The notes beneath the pieces are model-generated. The model did not search any database. It was not told where the DNA came from and saw only the letters and a list, made by a program, of their open reading frames with translations. From contig CAXXYE010000011.1 in NCBI GenBank assembly GCA_963674865.2, positions 256,001 to 320,000 on the forward strand: 64,000 bases of DNA, read 5' to 3'. The translations under genes were made by a program, and so were the position numbers. Shown piece by piece: positions 28,827 to 38,878 of this stretch. Positions within the stretch are counted from its first letter, which is position 1; every line of letters starts with the position of its first letter. The stretch comes from Candidatus Hydrogenedentota bacterium (GTDB lineage Bacteria; Hydrogenedentota; Hydrogenedentia; Hydrogenedentales; SLHB01).

Positions 28827-30233
28827 TTAGCACGTCACCCTGACGCTGTACGTGATCGTCACTTCGCCATCCTTCGGCACCGGCACGCTGAACACGGCCG
28901 TCCGCGCGTCACGCTGCTCGTACTCGTGTGACGCGTCGAACACCCGCCAGTCGCCTATGAACGGCTCGACCACATCGACCACGATATCCGAATCCTTGTG
29001 ATTCCGCAGCGTGATCTCGTAATCCGACTCGTGCGTGTTAGGCGAAATACGCCGGTAGTTTTTCTGGACGCGATCCCCGATGACATCGAAGGCATTGCCC
29101 ATCCGTAACGTGACGTTCTCATCCTTGGGCGTATGCTCGATACGATCCTCGCCCGCGAATTGGAGCATGCCTTCGCTGTCTTCCTGGTAGATCCGCATGA
29201 CGCCCGCCGGCAGAGGAATGCCCAGGCCGTTCTGCTCCTCGTTCTCGAACTCGAGAAACACCCCGACGTGCTGCGCGAGCATCGGCGGCACCTGGGTGCT
29301 GTGAAAGTGCTCATGTCCCCGAAACTCGTACTTTTTCGCGCACTTCACCGCCGTTGCGTCGAGCAAGGCCAATTGCTTCGACTGGTTCTGTTTGATCGTC
29401 GTCCGCCGCGGCATGGTGTAGAGATGATACTCGGCAAAGGCCTCCTCTTCGGGAAGCTCTTGCTCAAGAGCATCGGCAAGAAAGTACTCGACAGCGCCGC
29501 TAGTACCCGCCGCGCGCTCCACAGTATTCACGTCCCCAGCCACGAGTTTCAGCTTGGCATTTGTGTACGTCGCGCCGGACTGGTTGTTCATGGTGACCCA
29601 TCCCGCCAAATCGAGCGTCCGCTCATCCCGCGCGAGCGTCACCACATAGTCCGCCTGCCAACTCACTCCGTTTGTCAGATACGTGGCCTCGAGCGTTTGT
29701 TGGCCCGTCTTGTTATCGATGAGCCAGATGAGCGAAGGTGTGGCGATCAGATCGTCAGGAATCTCCGGCAGCACGACATTTCCCGCGTGGCCGAGGTAGA
29801 TCTCATCGCCTACTTTGTAGATGGGCCCCTGATCAACGCTCAGTAACTCCGCCGCCACTTCGCCGAATCCAATCTCCTCGCTGAAGTTCACCAGTTTCAC
29901 CTGTTTTCCGACGTATTTCTCCATCAGCTTCGCCGGACTCATCAAGTCGTATTCGTAGTTCTGTTCGTATATGACGACGGATCCCGGTTTCGACAGCGAG
30001 CGTAGGCTCACCGTCTCCGGCCGGATCTGCTCTGCCACGTCCATGAACTTGAGATGCAGTTCCCCGGCGGGAAGGCTCACCTGACGCGTATCCCTCACCA
30101 ACGCCAATCCATTGTTGTACGCCGTCACCGCCACATCCGTCTGATCGCCCAGCGTTGTCTCGCTGACGGGCGTTTCTCCTAAGGCCGCCGCGCATAGCAG
30201 GGCCGCTGCCAAAATGACTGCTTGTATCCTCAT
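28827..30233 (-). CDS. Secreted DUF4139/DUF4140 family protein, paralog 3
   Basis: VTAYNNGLALVRD, EQNYEYDL, YLT.G.SW.ADY, KLKLVAGDV, YHLY, PLPAG..R.Y, HTPKDE. GGGAG RBS before ATG 30233. Confidence 0.9.
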   Translation of the reverse strand: MRIQAVILAAALLCAAALGETPVSETTLGDQTDVAVTAYNNGLALVRDTRQVSLPAGELHLKFMDVAEQIRPETVSLRSLSKPGSVVIYEQNYEYDLMSPAKLMEKYVGKQVKLVNFSEEIGFGEVAAELLSVDQGPIYKVGDEIYLGHAGNVVLPEIPDDLIATPSLIWLIDNKTGQQTLEATYLTNGVSWQADYVVTLARDERTLDLAGWVTMNNQSGATYTNAKLKLVAGDVNTVERAAGTSGAVEYFLADALEQELPEEEAFAEYHLYTMPRRTTIKQNQSKQLALLDATAVKCAKKYEFRGHEHFHSTQVPPMLAQHVGVFLEFENEEQNGLGIPLPAGVMRIYQEDSEGMLQFAGEDRIEHTPKDENVTLRMGNAFDVIGDRVQKNYRRISPNTHESDYEITLRNHKDSDIVVDVVEPFIGDWRVFDASHEYEQRDARTAVFSVPVPKDGEVTITYSVRVTC

Positions 30234-30271
30234 CGTACATCTCCCACGACGGCGCAATGCCGCCACGCTGC

Positions 30272-31675
30272 TCAGTACGTCACCCTGACGCTGTACGTGA
30301 GCGTCACTTCCCCGTCCTTCGCCACCGGTACACTGAAGATTGCCGTCCGCGCGTCCCGCTGCTCGAACTTCTGCGACGCGTCGAATACCCGCCAATCCCC
30401 CGAGAACGGCTCGACCACGTCGACCACAATGTCCGAATCCTTGTGATTCCTCAGCGTGATCTCATAGTCTGACTCGTGCGTGTTGCTCGAGATGCGCCGG
30501 TAGTCCTTCTGGACGCGATCCCCGATGACGTCGAAGGCGCTGCCCATCCGCAGCGTCACCTTCTCATCCTTCGGCGTGTGTTCGATACGATCCTCGCCCG
30601 CGAACTGGAGCATTCCCTCGCTGTCTTCCTGATAGATCCGCATGACGCCCGCCGGCAGGGGAATGCCCAGGGCGTTTTCCTCTTCATTCTGGAATTCAAG
30701 GAACACCCCGACGTGCTGCTCGAGCATCGGCGGCATGGCGTTGCTGTAGAAGTGTTCCTGGCCCCGGAACTCGTATTTTTTCAAGCACTTAACGGCCGTC
30801 GCGTCGAGCAGGGCCAATTGCTTCGACTGGTTCTGTTTGATTGTTGTCCGCCGCGGCATGGTGTACAGGTGATACTCGGCAAACGCCTCCTCTCGTGGCA
30901 TGGGCGCCGCGGCCATCTCCGCCCGGAATAGGCCGCCCTTCCGTTCAGCCATTGGGCGGCTCGCCGTATGTACATCCCCGGCCACGAGTTTCAGCTTGGC
31001 GTTCGTATACGTCGTTCCGGACTGATTGTTCATGGTTACCCACCCGGCCAAGTCCAGCGATTGATCGCTCCGCGCGAGTGTCACCACGTAATCTGCCCGC
31101 CAACTCACCCCATTCGTCAGATACGTCGCTTCGAGCGTTTGCTGTCCTGTCCTGTTTCCGATAAGCCAGATGAGCGACGGCTTGGCGATTAGGTTCTCCG
31201 GAATCTCCGGCAGCACCACGTTGCCTGGATGGCCAAGGTAGATCTCATCGCCGACTTTGTAGATGGGCCCTTGATTCACACTGAGCAGTTCCGCCTCGAT
31301 CTCGCCGAAGCCAATCTCCTTGCTGAAATTCACCAGTCGCACCGGCTTCCCGACGTATTTCTCCATCAACTTCGACGGGCTCATCAGATCGTACTCGTAG
31401 TTCTGCTCCAGAATGACAACCGAACCAGGCTTTGATAGTGACCTCAGGCTCACCGTCTCCGGCCGGATCTTCTCGGCCACGTCCATGAATTTTAGATGCA
31501 GTTCGCCCGAGGGAAGGCCTATCTCGCGCGTGTCCCGCACCAGTGCCAGCCCGTTGTTGTACGCCGTCACCGCCACATCCGTCTGATCGCCTAGTGTCGT
31601 CTCGCTGACGGGAACTTCCGCCAGTGCCGCCGTGCTCGCCAGGATGGCCGCCAGAATCATCAATTGCGTCTTCAT
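30272..31675 (-). CDS. Secreted DUF4139/DUF4140 family protein, paralog 2
   Basis: Same motifs as neighbours. AGGAGG RBS. Confidence 0.9.
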   Translation of the reverse strand: MKTQLMILAAILASTAALAEVPVSETTLGDQTDVAVTAYNNGLALVRDTREIGLPSGELHLKFMDVAEKIRPETVSLRSLSKPGSVVILEQNYEYDLMSPSKLMEKYVGKPVRLVNFSKEIGFGEIEAELLSVNQGPIYKVGDEIYLGHPGNVVLPEIPENLIAKPSLIWLIGNRTGQQTLEATYLTNGVSWRADYVVTLARSDQSLDLAGWVTMNNQSGTTYTNAKLKLVAGDVHTASRPMAERKGGLFRAEMAAAPMPREEAFAEYHLYTMPRRTTIKQNQSKQLALLDATAVKCLKKYEFRGQEHFYSNAMPPMLEQHVGVFLEFQNEEENALGIPLPAGVMRIYQEDSEGMLQFAGEDRIEHTPKDEKVTLRMGSAFDVIGDRVQKDYRRISSNTHESDYEITLRNHKDSDIVVDVVEPFSGDWRVFDASQKFEQRDARTAIFSVPVAKDGEVTLTYSVRVTY

Positions 31676-31694
31676 CGGATTCCTCCTGTTGTCA

Positions 31695-33107
31695 TCAGTA
31701 CGTCACCCGCACGCTATAGGTAATCTTTGCTTCTCCGTCCTTCACCACCGGCACGCTGAAAACCGCCGTCCGCGCATCGCGCTTTTCATACTCCTGTGAC
31801 GCGTCGAACACCCGCCAATCCCCCGAAAACGGCTCAACCACATCGACGACGATATCCGAGTCTTTGTGATTGCGCAGCGCAATCTCGTAGTCCGACTCGT
31901 GAGTCCTCGACGAGATCCGCCGATAGTCCTTCTGGACGCGATCCCCGATGACGTCGAAGGCGCTGCCCATGCGCAGCGTCACCTTCTCATCCTTCGGCGT
32001 GTGTTCGATGCTGTCCTCACCGGCGAACTGGAGCATACCCTCGCTGTCCTCCTGGTAGATCCGCATCACGCCCGCCGGCAGGGGAATGCCCAAGGCGTTT
32101 TCCTCTTCATTCTGGAATTCGAGAAACACGCCGACGTGCTGCTCGAGCATCGGCTGCATTTGGCTGCTGTAGAAGCGCTCCTGCCCGCGGAACTCGTATT
32201 TCTTCAGACACTTAACCGCCGCCGCGTCGAGCAGGGCCAACTGCTTTGACTGGTTCTGCTTGATCGTCGTCCGCCGCGGCATCGTGTACAGGTGATACTC
32301 GGCAAAGGCCTCTTCTTTGCGGAGGCGTTCCTCAAAGGCGCCGCCAAAGAAGAACACGGCGCCACCTTCGCCGTCGATATCATAGTCGCCCGGCACGACG
32401 TTCACGTCCCCAGCCACGAGTTTCAATTTGGCGTTCGTGTATGTTGCCCCGGACTGGTTATTCATGGTTACCCACCCGGCCAAGTCCAGCGACCGATCAT
32501 CCCGCGCGAGCGTTACGACGTAATCCGCCCGCCAGCTCACCCCGTTCGTCAGATACGTAGCTTCTAGAGTCTGTTGGCCTGTCTTGTTTCCGATCAGCCA
32601 GATGAGTGACGGCTCTGCGATGAGATTGTCCGGGATCTCAGGCAGCACGACGTTCCCAGGATGGCCAAGGTAAATCTCATCATCCACCCGGTAGATGGGG
32701 CCTTCGTTGACGCTCAGCAACTCCGCTTCCTCGGACTTGAAGCCGATTTCCTTGCTGAAATTGACGAGTTTCACCGGTTTCCCGACGTATTTCTCCATCA
32801 ACTTTGCCGGGCTCATCAGGTCGTACTCGTAGTTCTGCTCGAATATGACAACCGATCCCGGTTTCGATAACGAGCGCAGGCTCACCGTCTCCGGCCGGAT
32901 CTGCTGCGCTACATCCATGAACCTCAGACATAGTTCCCCGGCAGGAAGGCTTATCTGACGCGTGTCCCGTACGAGTGCCAGCCCATTGTTGTACGCCGTC
33001 ACCGCCACATCCGTCTGATCGCCCAGCGTTGTCTCGCTGACGGGCGTTTCGCCGATGGCGCTCGACGCCGCCAGCACCGCAGCGATCCATATCGACAGAA
33101 TCTTCAT
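31695..33107 (-). CDS. Secreted DUF4139/DUF4140 family protein, paralog 1
   Basis: Same motifs as neighbours. GGAGGAG RBS. Confidence 0.9.
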   Translation of the reverse strand: MKILSIWIAAVLAASSAIGETPVSETTLGDQTDVAVTAYNNGLALVRDTRQISLPAGELCLRFMDVAQQIRPETVSLRSLSKPGSVVIFEQNYEYDLMSPAKLMEKYVGKPVKLVNFSKEIGFKSEEAELLSVNEGPIYRVDDEIYLGHPGNVVLPEIPDNLIAEPSLIWLIGNKTGQQTLEATYLTNGVSWRADYVVTLARDDRSLDLAGWVTMNNQSGATYTNAKLKLVAGDVNVVPGDYDIDGEGGAVFFFGGAFEERLRKEEAFAEYHLYTMPRRTTIKQNQSKQLALLDAAAVKCLKKYEFRGQERFYSSQMQPMLEQHVGVFLEFQNEEENALGIPLPAGVMRIYQEDSEGMLQFAGEDSIEHTPKDEKVTLRMGSAFDVIGDRVQKDYRRISSRTHESDYEIALRNHKDSDIVVDVVEPFSGDWRVFDASQEYEKRDARTAVFSVPVVKDGEAKITYSVRVTY

Positions 33108-33319
33108 AACCCCGCTCCTCCCTTTGATTTCGACCCGGATCGTGCTTATCCACCATTATAACGCTTGTGTCCTTGTGTTCTTAGACCCCATCTCCGGCGG
33201 CGGGTTCGAATCAGGGCCGCGATTCAGCAGACATCCCGCCTCGAAGGGAGTGTGCAATGAGTTCCCGCGGCAAGTATCATTGGACTTGTCCGCAGGGAAT
33301 GGCAGAAAGAGGAGACAAG

Positions 33320-34261
33320 ATGAAGTACGAAGCAGTCCGAGGATTCAACTACCAGCCGAGCTACGGGAGTCACGGCCTCGAGACATGGGGCGATGGATTT
33401 GACGTGGCCGTTTTCCGTGAGGAGATAGGACGGGGAAAAGAGTACTTCCCGGGAATGAACGCTGTTCGCCTGTGGCTGTCTTTTGATGCCTATGTGCGGG
33501 ATCCGAAGGCCGTCGCGGCGCGCTTCCACGAGGTCGTCGGCCTTGCGGACGAGTTGGACGTCCGGTTTATCCCGACCCTATTCAACGGCTGGCACAGTTA
33601 TCCGGACTTCGGCGGGATCTCACTGGAAGTAGTCTCGTTTTGGGGCGGGGACGAGCTGTTTGACGAGGTCTTCTTGCCCTATCTGCGGGAATTTGTGGAG
33701 CCTCACGCCGATGACAAGCGCATACTCCTTTGGGATCTCTGCAATGAGCCGTTCAACAGCGCGTGCTGCGAACGCTCACAACAGGTATTCTCGGACTGGC
33801 TTAAGCGCGTCTACGAAGCATGCAAGACCCTCGGAGCCACGGCCCCCATCGCGGTGAGTTCCGTGCCGGACATGCCGTCCATCAAACGGCTGGAACCGAT
33901 ATCGGACGTGCTGACCTTTCATCCGTACTTCGCCTGGAACACCTGGATGAAGAAACCGGAACAATTTCGGTGCTTCGTGGACGAGGTCGTGGCCTTCGGG
34001 CGCACGACGGGCAAGCCCCTGCTGGCTACAGAGACGGGCTGGGGCGCCCTGGACGACAAGAAGCGCGCCGAGGTGCTTGCCGTGGAACTGGACACCCTCG
34101 CGGGGCGGGGCATTGGCTTCACCGCGCACCTCCTGCACCATACGCTCGTCGCCGATGGCCACCGGCCGGAATACGGGCCTATCACCAAGGCGGGCTATAT
34201 GGCCTTCGTCGAAAAGGACGGATCTCTGAGGCCGTATCACGAGATCTTCAACGATTTCTAG
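33320..34261 (+). CDS. Cytoplasmic clan GH-A glycoside hydrolase (GH5/GH2-like)
   Basis: GAGGAG RBS before ATG 33320. RGFNYQP, N.VRLWL, WDLCNEP, TFHPY, PLLATE. Confidence 0.8.
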   Translation: MKYEAVRGFNYQPSYGSHGLETWGDGFDVAVFREEIGRGKEYFPGMNAVRLWLSFDAYVRDPKAVAARFHEVVGLADELDVRFIPTLFNGWHSYPDFGGISLEVVSFWGGDELFDEVFLPYLREFVEPHADDKRILLWDLCNEPFNSACCERSQQVFSDWLKRVYEACKTLGATAPIAVSSVPDMPSIKRLEPISDVLTFHPYFAWNTWMKKPEQFRCFVDEVVAFGRTTGKPLLATETGWGALDDKKRAEVLAVELDTLAGRGIGFTAHLLHHTLVADGHRPEYGPITKAGYMAFVEKDGSLRPYHEIFNDF

Positions 34262-34322
34262 GCAGGGCACTCCGGCAGCCAGGTGTGCTTGTAGGGGCCG
34301 CCCGCATCTCACATCTTGAGCG

Positions 34323-35582
34323 CTATGCGCTCACGGCCGCGATGATGCGATTGGTGACGCCGTTTCGCAGCCTCACGGTGGCGGCGGACTCGCCGGGTGA
34401 TGCGGACGTGATGAATGCGAGCGCAACACCGCGTGTTGGATCGGCAACGCCGATCACCGTGTCGATGCCGGCATGGCCGAATGCCTGCGGAGACGCGAGA
34501 TCTCCGAAGCCGAACCAGCTATCCTTCGCATTGCCTCGATGCAGCCAGCCAAGCCCCCAGTACTCATGGGTAGGTTTCCGCCCGGCTTCGATGGCGTCGT
34601 CCATCTCTTCTCTATATTGTATGCGATGCATTTCTTCAAGGGCGTTCGGTTGGAGGAGCGCCCTGCCCTTCCACACACCGCCGTTCAGATTCATGTTCAG
34701 AAGTTTCAAGATGTCGCGCGTCCGGCCAAACGCCCCGCCGGATGGGTGACGCAGGAGCCGGAAGTGCTCTCCATCAATGGGATGGGGAAACGATTTGGGA
34801 GGCGGCGCCACGGCCACGTTGGTGTTGGATGACACCGGCAAGAAAGTGAATCCGTCCGCCTCCAAAGGGGCAAACAGGCGCTCCCGGCAGATTTCCGGCC
34901 ATGGCTCGTTGTCGGACACGCGGCGGACGATGTCGGCCATGAGAAGCATCCCGCTGATGGCGTGGTAGCGAGTCCGGCTTCCAGGCGCCCATTCGAGAGG
35001 CGCCTTGCACAGGCCCGCGATAGCCTTCTGCCAACCTTCCTCATCGCCCACATATTCGAGCGTGATGCTTGGGATTCCCGCGGCATGCGTCAGCAGATGC
35101 CGCACTGTGACGGCGCTCTTCCCTTCGGCGACAAACTCAGGGATATACTTGGCGACGGGATCATCGTAGCCGATGAGCCCGTCCTGCCGTGCCATAACGG
35201 CAAGGGTTGCCGTGATCGACTTCGTGAACGAGTAAAGGGGAAACTGGACGTCGCGGTTACACGGCAGGCCGCCCCGCTCCGTTCCGGCGTATGTTCCCCA
35301 GGAGTGCTCAAAGAACGTCTTGCCGTACCGTGTCGCGGCCAGGACGGCGCCCGGACATGGGCCTGCTTCGAGTTCCTTGGCAACGAACGACACGACTTCT
35401 TCGAGAAGCGCCGAGTCGACTCCCACGGATTCGGGTGGTACGGTGCCCGCCACGTCAAACGCGTGGCTTGGCGACTTCATGGCGGCGTTCTCCTCGCCGT
35501 GTGCCAAAGGCAAGCACATGCTCAGTCCGCCCGCGAGAATACCGCGGCAGAAATCTCTTCGGGCAATACTCCTTTTCGGCAC
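34323..35582 (-). CDS. Tat-exported serine hydrolase (class C beta-lactamase/esterase family)
   Basis: ARRDF Tat motif, S-x-x-K (YSFTK), LLTHAAG, PG....Y, FGHAG. Confidence 0.9.
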   Translation of the reverse strand: MPKRSIARRDFCRGILAGGLSMCLPLAHGEENAAMKSPSHAFDVAGTVPPESVGVDSALLEEVVSFVAKELEAGPCPGAVLAATRYGKTFFEHSWGTYAGTERGGLPCNRDVQFPLYSFTKSITATLAVMARQDGLIGYDDPVAKYIPEFVAEGKSAVTVRHLLTHAAGIPSITLEYVGDEEGWQKAIAGLCKAPLEWAPGSRTRYHAISGMLLMADIVRRVSDNEPWPEICRERLFAPLEADGFTFLPVSSNTNVAVAPPPKSFPHPIDGEHFRLLRHPSGGAFGRTRDILKLLNMNLNGGVWKGRALLQPNALEEMHRIQYREEMDDAIEAGRKPTHEYWGLGWLHRGNAKDSWFGFGDLASPQAFGHAGIDTVIGVADPTRGVALAFITSASPGESAATVRLRNGVTNRIIAAVSA

Positions 35583-35615
35583 CTTCCTACCTCCTCAACG
35601 GCTGTGGCGCGCGCC

Positions 35616-36908
35616 CTACTTGGCCTTTGGCCGGAGCCATCGGCGCCAAGGTTTGGCCCTCGCGCCCGGTTCATTGGCGTCAAGGCGCGGCGTTTTGTTC
35701 GCCTCTTGCCATCCCTGCGGGATGGTGGCGACGCAGACATTGGGATTGCCCAGCATGTGCGAAGTGAAGATGACTTGGCATCCCGTGGGATCCCAGCCCA
35801 CGTGCGGGTGTTGCCCGCTGCCGTAGGTGCGATGGCCGCACGTGAGGATATGCGGGCGGCAAGTCTTCCCCTCGAAGAGGGTGATGTCGCCGTGCCAGTT
35901 GTCCGCGGCGACCCAGCGGCAGTCGTCGCTGCCGGAGCAATGCCAGTAGTTACGCTTGGAAATCGTCTTCGGCGTCGCATCGGGCCACCAGGAACCGGGG
36001 CCGATGATCCGCACCATGCCCGTCCGGATGTTCACAACCTTGACGTGGGCGTCCTCCGTCGGTTTGGGATGCAGTCCGCCGCAGAAGACCAACTGATCCT
36101 GTCCCCACCAGTGCTCGTGTGTAACGAGTTCTCCCTCCAATTGCTCGTAAACGTTTCGGGCGCTCCCATCACGCGTGTCCACGACCCACAGGCGCTGTGG
36201 ACGTCCCGCGAAACTCAGCAGGAAGGGATTGGTGTGGCTCCACTGGACGTGGCCGCCGTAACCCAACGTGCCCGGGACGGTGTACACCCGCTTCACCTTG
36301 CCCGACTTAATGTTGATGGTGACGATGGTGGGAGGCAGATCCTCATCCCCGCCCTGGATCCCGAGCGCGAGATGTTTGCCGTCGCAACTCGGATTGAGGG
36401 ATGTGCCGTGCGCGCCTTTGGGTAGGGAGGCGATGACGCGTTCAACGGCCATCACTTCCGACGGGTCATCTGCCGGGGAATCCGAAAGGTGGACATCCAG
36501 GCGCACCTCAAGGACATCATCGCCGCGTCTCCCGTAGACACTGTTGCGGTCGACAGCGGCGGTGGCCGCGCCCACCCCGCCGGCCGGCCCCGCGATGCGG
36601 ATAAGTTCCCCCGTGCCCGTGAGATAGCCCATGAGGCCGCCATTCTCACGGGAAGAGTTGAAGATGATGACAGAGCCGTCAGGCAACCACGAACGCTCGT
36701 GGAAGTATAGATTCGTGTCGGCGGCGGAATGGGTGGTGAGGAACGTGAGTTCGGCCCCGGTTTGCGGGTCGATGATCGTCTCATGCTCGGCCGGAGACAC
36801 CTCGAGCCTATAGGGCGTGCCGCCGGTGTCGGCAAATAGAGGCGCACTGAATGCGAGATACAGAACGACTGCGAGGTTACCTGTGATAGCTAGAGCACTT
36901 GAGCGCAC
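35616..36908 (-). CDS. Oligogalacturonate lyase-like (PL22) beta-propeller, secreted
   Basis: DPQTGA.LTFLT, LYFHERSW..DG, HVQWS, THEHW, WHCS, HPH.GW. AAGGAG RBS 9 nt before GTG 36908. Confidence 0.78.
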   Translation of the reverse strand: MRSSALAITGNLAVVLYLAFSAPLFADTGGTPYRLEVSPAEHETIIDPQTGAELTFLTTHSAADTNLYFHERSWLPDGSVIIFNSSRENGGLMGYLTGTGELIRIAGPAGGVGAATAAVDRNSVYGRRGDDVLEVRLDVHLSDSPADDPSEVMAVERVIASLPKGAHGTSLNPSCDGKHLALGIQGGDEDLPPTIVTINIKSGKVKRVYTVPGTLGYGGHVQWSHTNPFLLSFAGRPQRLWVVDTRDGSARNVYEQLEGELVTHEHWWGQDQLVFCGGLHPKPTEDAHVKVVNIRTGMVRIIGPGSWWPDATPKTISKRNYWHCSGSDDCRWVAADNWHGDITLFEGKTCRPHILTCGHRTYGSGQHPHVGWDPTGCQVIFTSHMLGNPNVCVATIPQGWQEANKTPRLDANEPGARAKPWRRWLRPKAK

Positions 36909-37129
36909 GGGATTTTGCTCCTTATGGGATGGCATCTTGGCGATAGGCCATAGGTATCGCGACGGTACGAGGTCGCTTGCCTCCGGTTGCCGGTTTGACT
37001 CATTTGTTTCAGGCCAATAGACTACCAACGCGCATGGCGGCTTAACAAGATTCCTGATGCTCCCGTTGGCCGCGTTGGCCGCTGTGCCGTGTCTGTAGTT
37101 GCTTTGGATGTTTCGCGAGGAGAAATCGG

Positions 37130-37720
37130 ATGAATATACGACGTATGCTTCCCATTCTGGGATTTCTGGCGGCGCTATCGATGGTGGGCTGCGGCTCACG
37201 GGCGCTGAAGATCGGGCCGGTTCCCGTGACTTTGCCCGTGATCACGGGCCAGCGGATTTCGCCGCTCGATTTCGTTGTCAGCAAGGATCTAGGCGAGGTT
37301 ACCTATGAGGTCTCCCTGCACGACCTGCCGACCGCCGATGCCATTCGGCAGATGGTGGCGGATTATGCCGGCGACTTTGTAGCATCACATATTGAATTGA
37401 CCTCCTTGGAGTTAGCCGAGGTCGTTGCTACGGCCACTGAGGGAGACTTCAGCACGCTTCAGTCCATAGAGCTTGAGTACATTCGAGACGAGGGGGGGGC
37501 GCCCGTAATCATTGGCTCCGCATCCTCCGATCAGGGCCTCGGAACGACGATTGACTTCGATGTGCCGTCTGGCGTCGACCTCCTTGAGATGTTGCCCGAG
37601 GGAGATGAAGCGTCAGGTTATCCGAAGCTGGTGGCCACGCTGAGCGGCACGCCGCCGACGGAGGACATTGTCTTTGACGTGGACTTCTTTGCCGATGCCT
37701 ATGCGAAGGTGACGCTCTGA
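37130..37720 (+). CDS. Putative lipoprotein
   Basis: GAGGAG RBS and lipobox LSMVG-C. Acidic beta-rich body. Confidence 0.78.
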   Translation: MNIRRMLPILGFLAALSMVGCGSRALKIGPVPVTLPVITGQRISPLDFVVSKDLGEVTYEVSLHDLPTADAIRQMVADYAGDFVASHIELTSLELAEVVATATEGDFSTLQSIELEYIRDEGGAPVIIGSASSDQGLGTTIDFDVPSGVDLLEMLPEGDEASGYPKLVATLSGTPPTEDIVFDVDFFADAYAKVTL

Positions 37721-37808
37721 GGCCTCGCTCCGTCCCAATAGGATCTAGGAGAGAGTAAGCGGATCGGCTGCGCCGTGTCCGGGCGTCGCCCTGTTGGAAA
37801 GACCAATT

Positions 37809-38867
37809 ATGAAAGTCGGTATCCTGGGTTTTCCCCGCTCGGGCAAGACCACTATATTCAACTCGATGACGGGCGCGCACGCCGCCGTGGGCGCTTTCGG
37901 TAGCCGCGATGCGAACGTGGCGGTCATTAAGGTTCCTGATGCCCGGATCGATGCGCTTGTGGAGGTCTATAAGCCCCGCAAGCACGTCTACGCCGAGATC
38001 CAGTTCGTCGATATTGCACCGAATGAGAGCGGGGGAGAGCGCAAGATCCTTGATAGCGCCGCGCTTACACTGCTTCGGAACGTCGACGCTCTCGTCCACG
38101 TGGTGCGGGCCTTCGCGAGCGAAGAGGTGGTTCACCCGTTGGATGCGGTGGATCCTGTGCGGGACTGCAAGACCCTCGAGGAAGAGTTGCTCTTCTGCGA
38201 TCTGATTGTCGTCGAGAAGCGGCTGGAACGCCTCGAAAAAGAGCATCGCAAAGACCTCGAGTATGACGCACTCACGCGCTGCCGGGATGCCATCGAATCG
38301 GGCACGCCCCTCCGAAATGTTGAACTCACGCCCCAGCAGGAACAGGCCGTTGCGGGCTTTGGCTTCTTGTCCCGGAAGCCGCTTCTGTTGCTCGGAAACT
38401 ACGGTGAAGAGGCCATCGGCACGCCCGATCCCGCCGGAATCGAGCAATACGCCGCCGAGTGCGGGCAGGTAGGCATTGCCCTTTGCGGCGCCATGGAACT
38501 CGAAGTGGGGGAACTCCCGGAGGAGGAGCGCCAAGCCTTCCGGGATGACCTCGGACTGGGGGAGGAGTCGCGGGTCCGGTTCATTCACGCGGCCTACGAT
38601 GCGCTTGGCCTGATGAGTTTTCTCACGGCGGGCGAGCCGGAGGTGCACGCGTGGACCATCCCGAAGGGCTACACCGCCGTCGAGGCCGCGGGGCGCATCC
38701 ACTCGGATATTCAGCGAGGCTTCATTCGCGCCGAGGTGGTACATTTCGACGATTTCATGGCGGCGGGTTCGATGGCCAAAGCCAAGGAGCACGGCCACGT
38801 CCGCCTCGAGGGGAAGGACTACATCGTTCGCGACGGAGACATCATCCTGTTCCGATTCAACGTGTAG
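37809..38867 (+). CDS. ychF: YchF/Obg-like P-loop NTPase with TGS (DUF933) domain, divergent paralog type
   Basis: GFPRSGKTT, VPDARI, HVVRAF, FLT.G..EV.AW, AAGRIHSDIQRGFIRAEV, EGKDYIV.DGDII.FRFNV. Confidence 0.9.
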   Translation: MKVGILGFPRSGKTTIFNSMTGAHAAVGAFGSRDANVAVIKVPDARIDALVEVYKPRKHVYAEIQFVDIAPNESGGERKILDSAALTLLRNVDALVHVVRAFASEEVVHPLDAVDPVRDCKTLEEELLFCDLIVVEKRLERLEKEHRKDLEYDALTRCRDAIESGTPLRNVELTPQQEQAVAGFGFLSRKPLLLLGNYGEEAIGTPDPAGIEQYAAECGQVGIALCGAMELEVGELPEEERQAFRDDLGLGEESRVRFIHAAYDALGLMSFLTAGEPEVHAWTIPKGYTAVEAAGRIHSDIQRGFIRAEVVHFDDFMAAGSMAKAKEHGHVRLEGKDYIVRDGDIILFRFNV

Positions 38868-38878
38868 CCGAGGAACTC

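Noticed and set aside
33202..33212. GGGTTCGAATC as a tRNA T-loop or att remnant
   Set aside because: No complementary T-stem, acceptor stem or cloverleaf around it.
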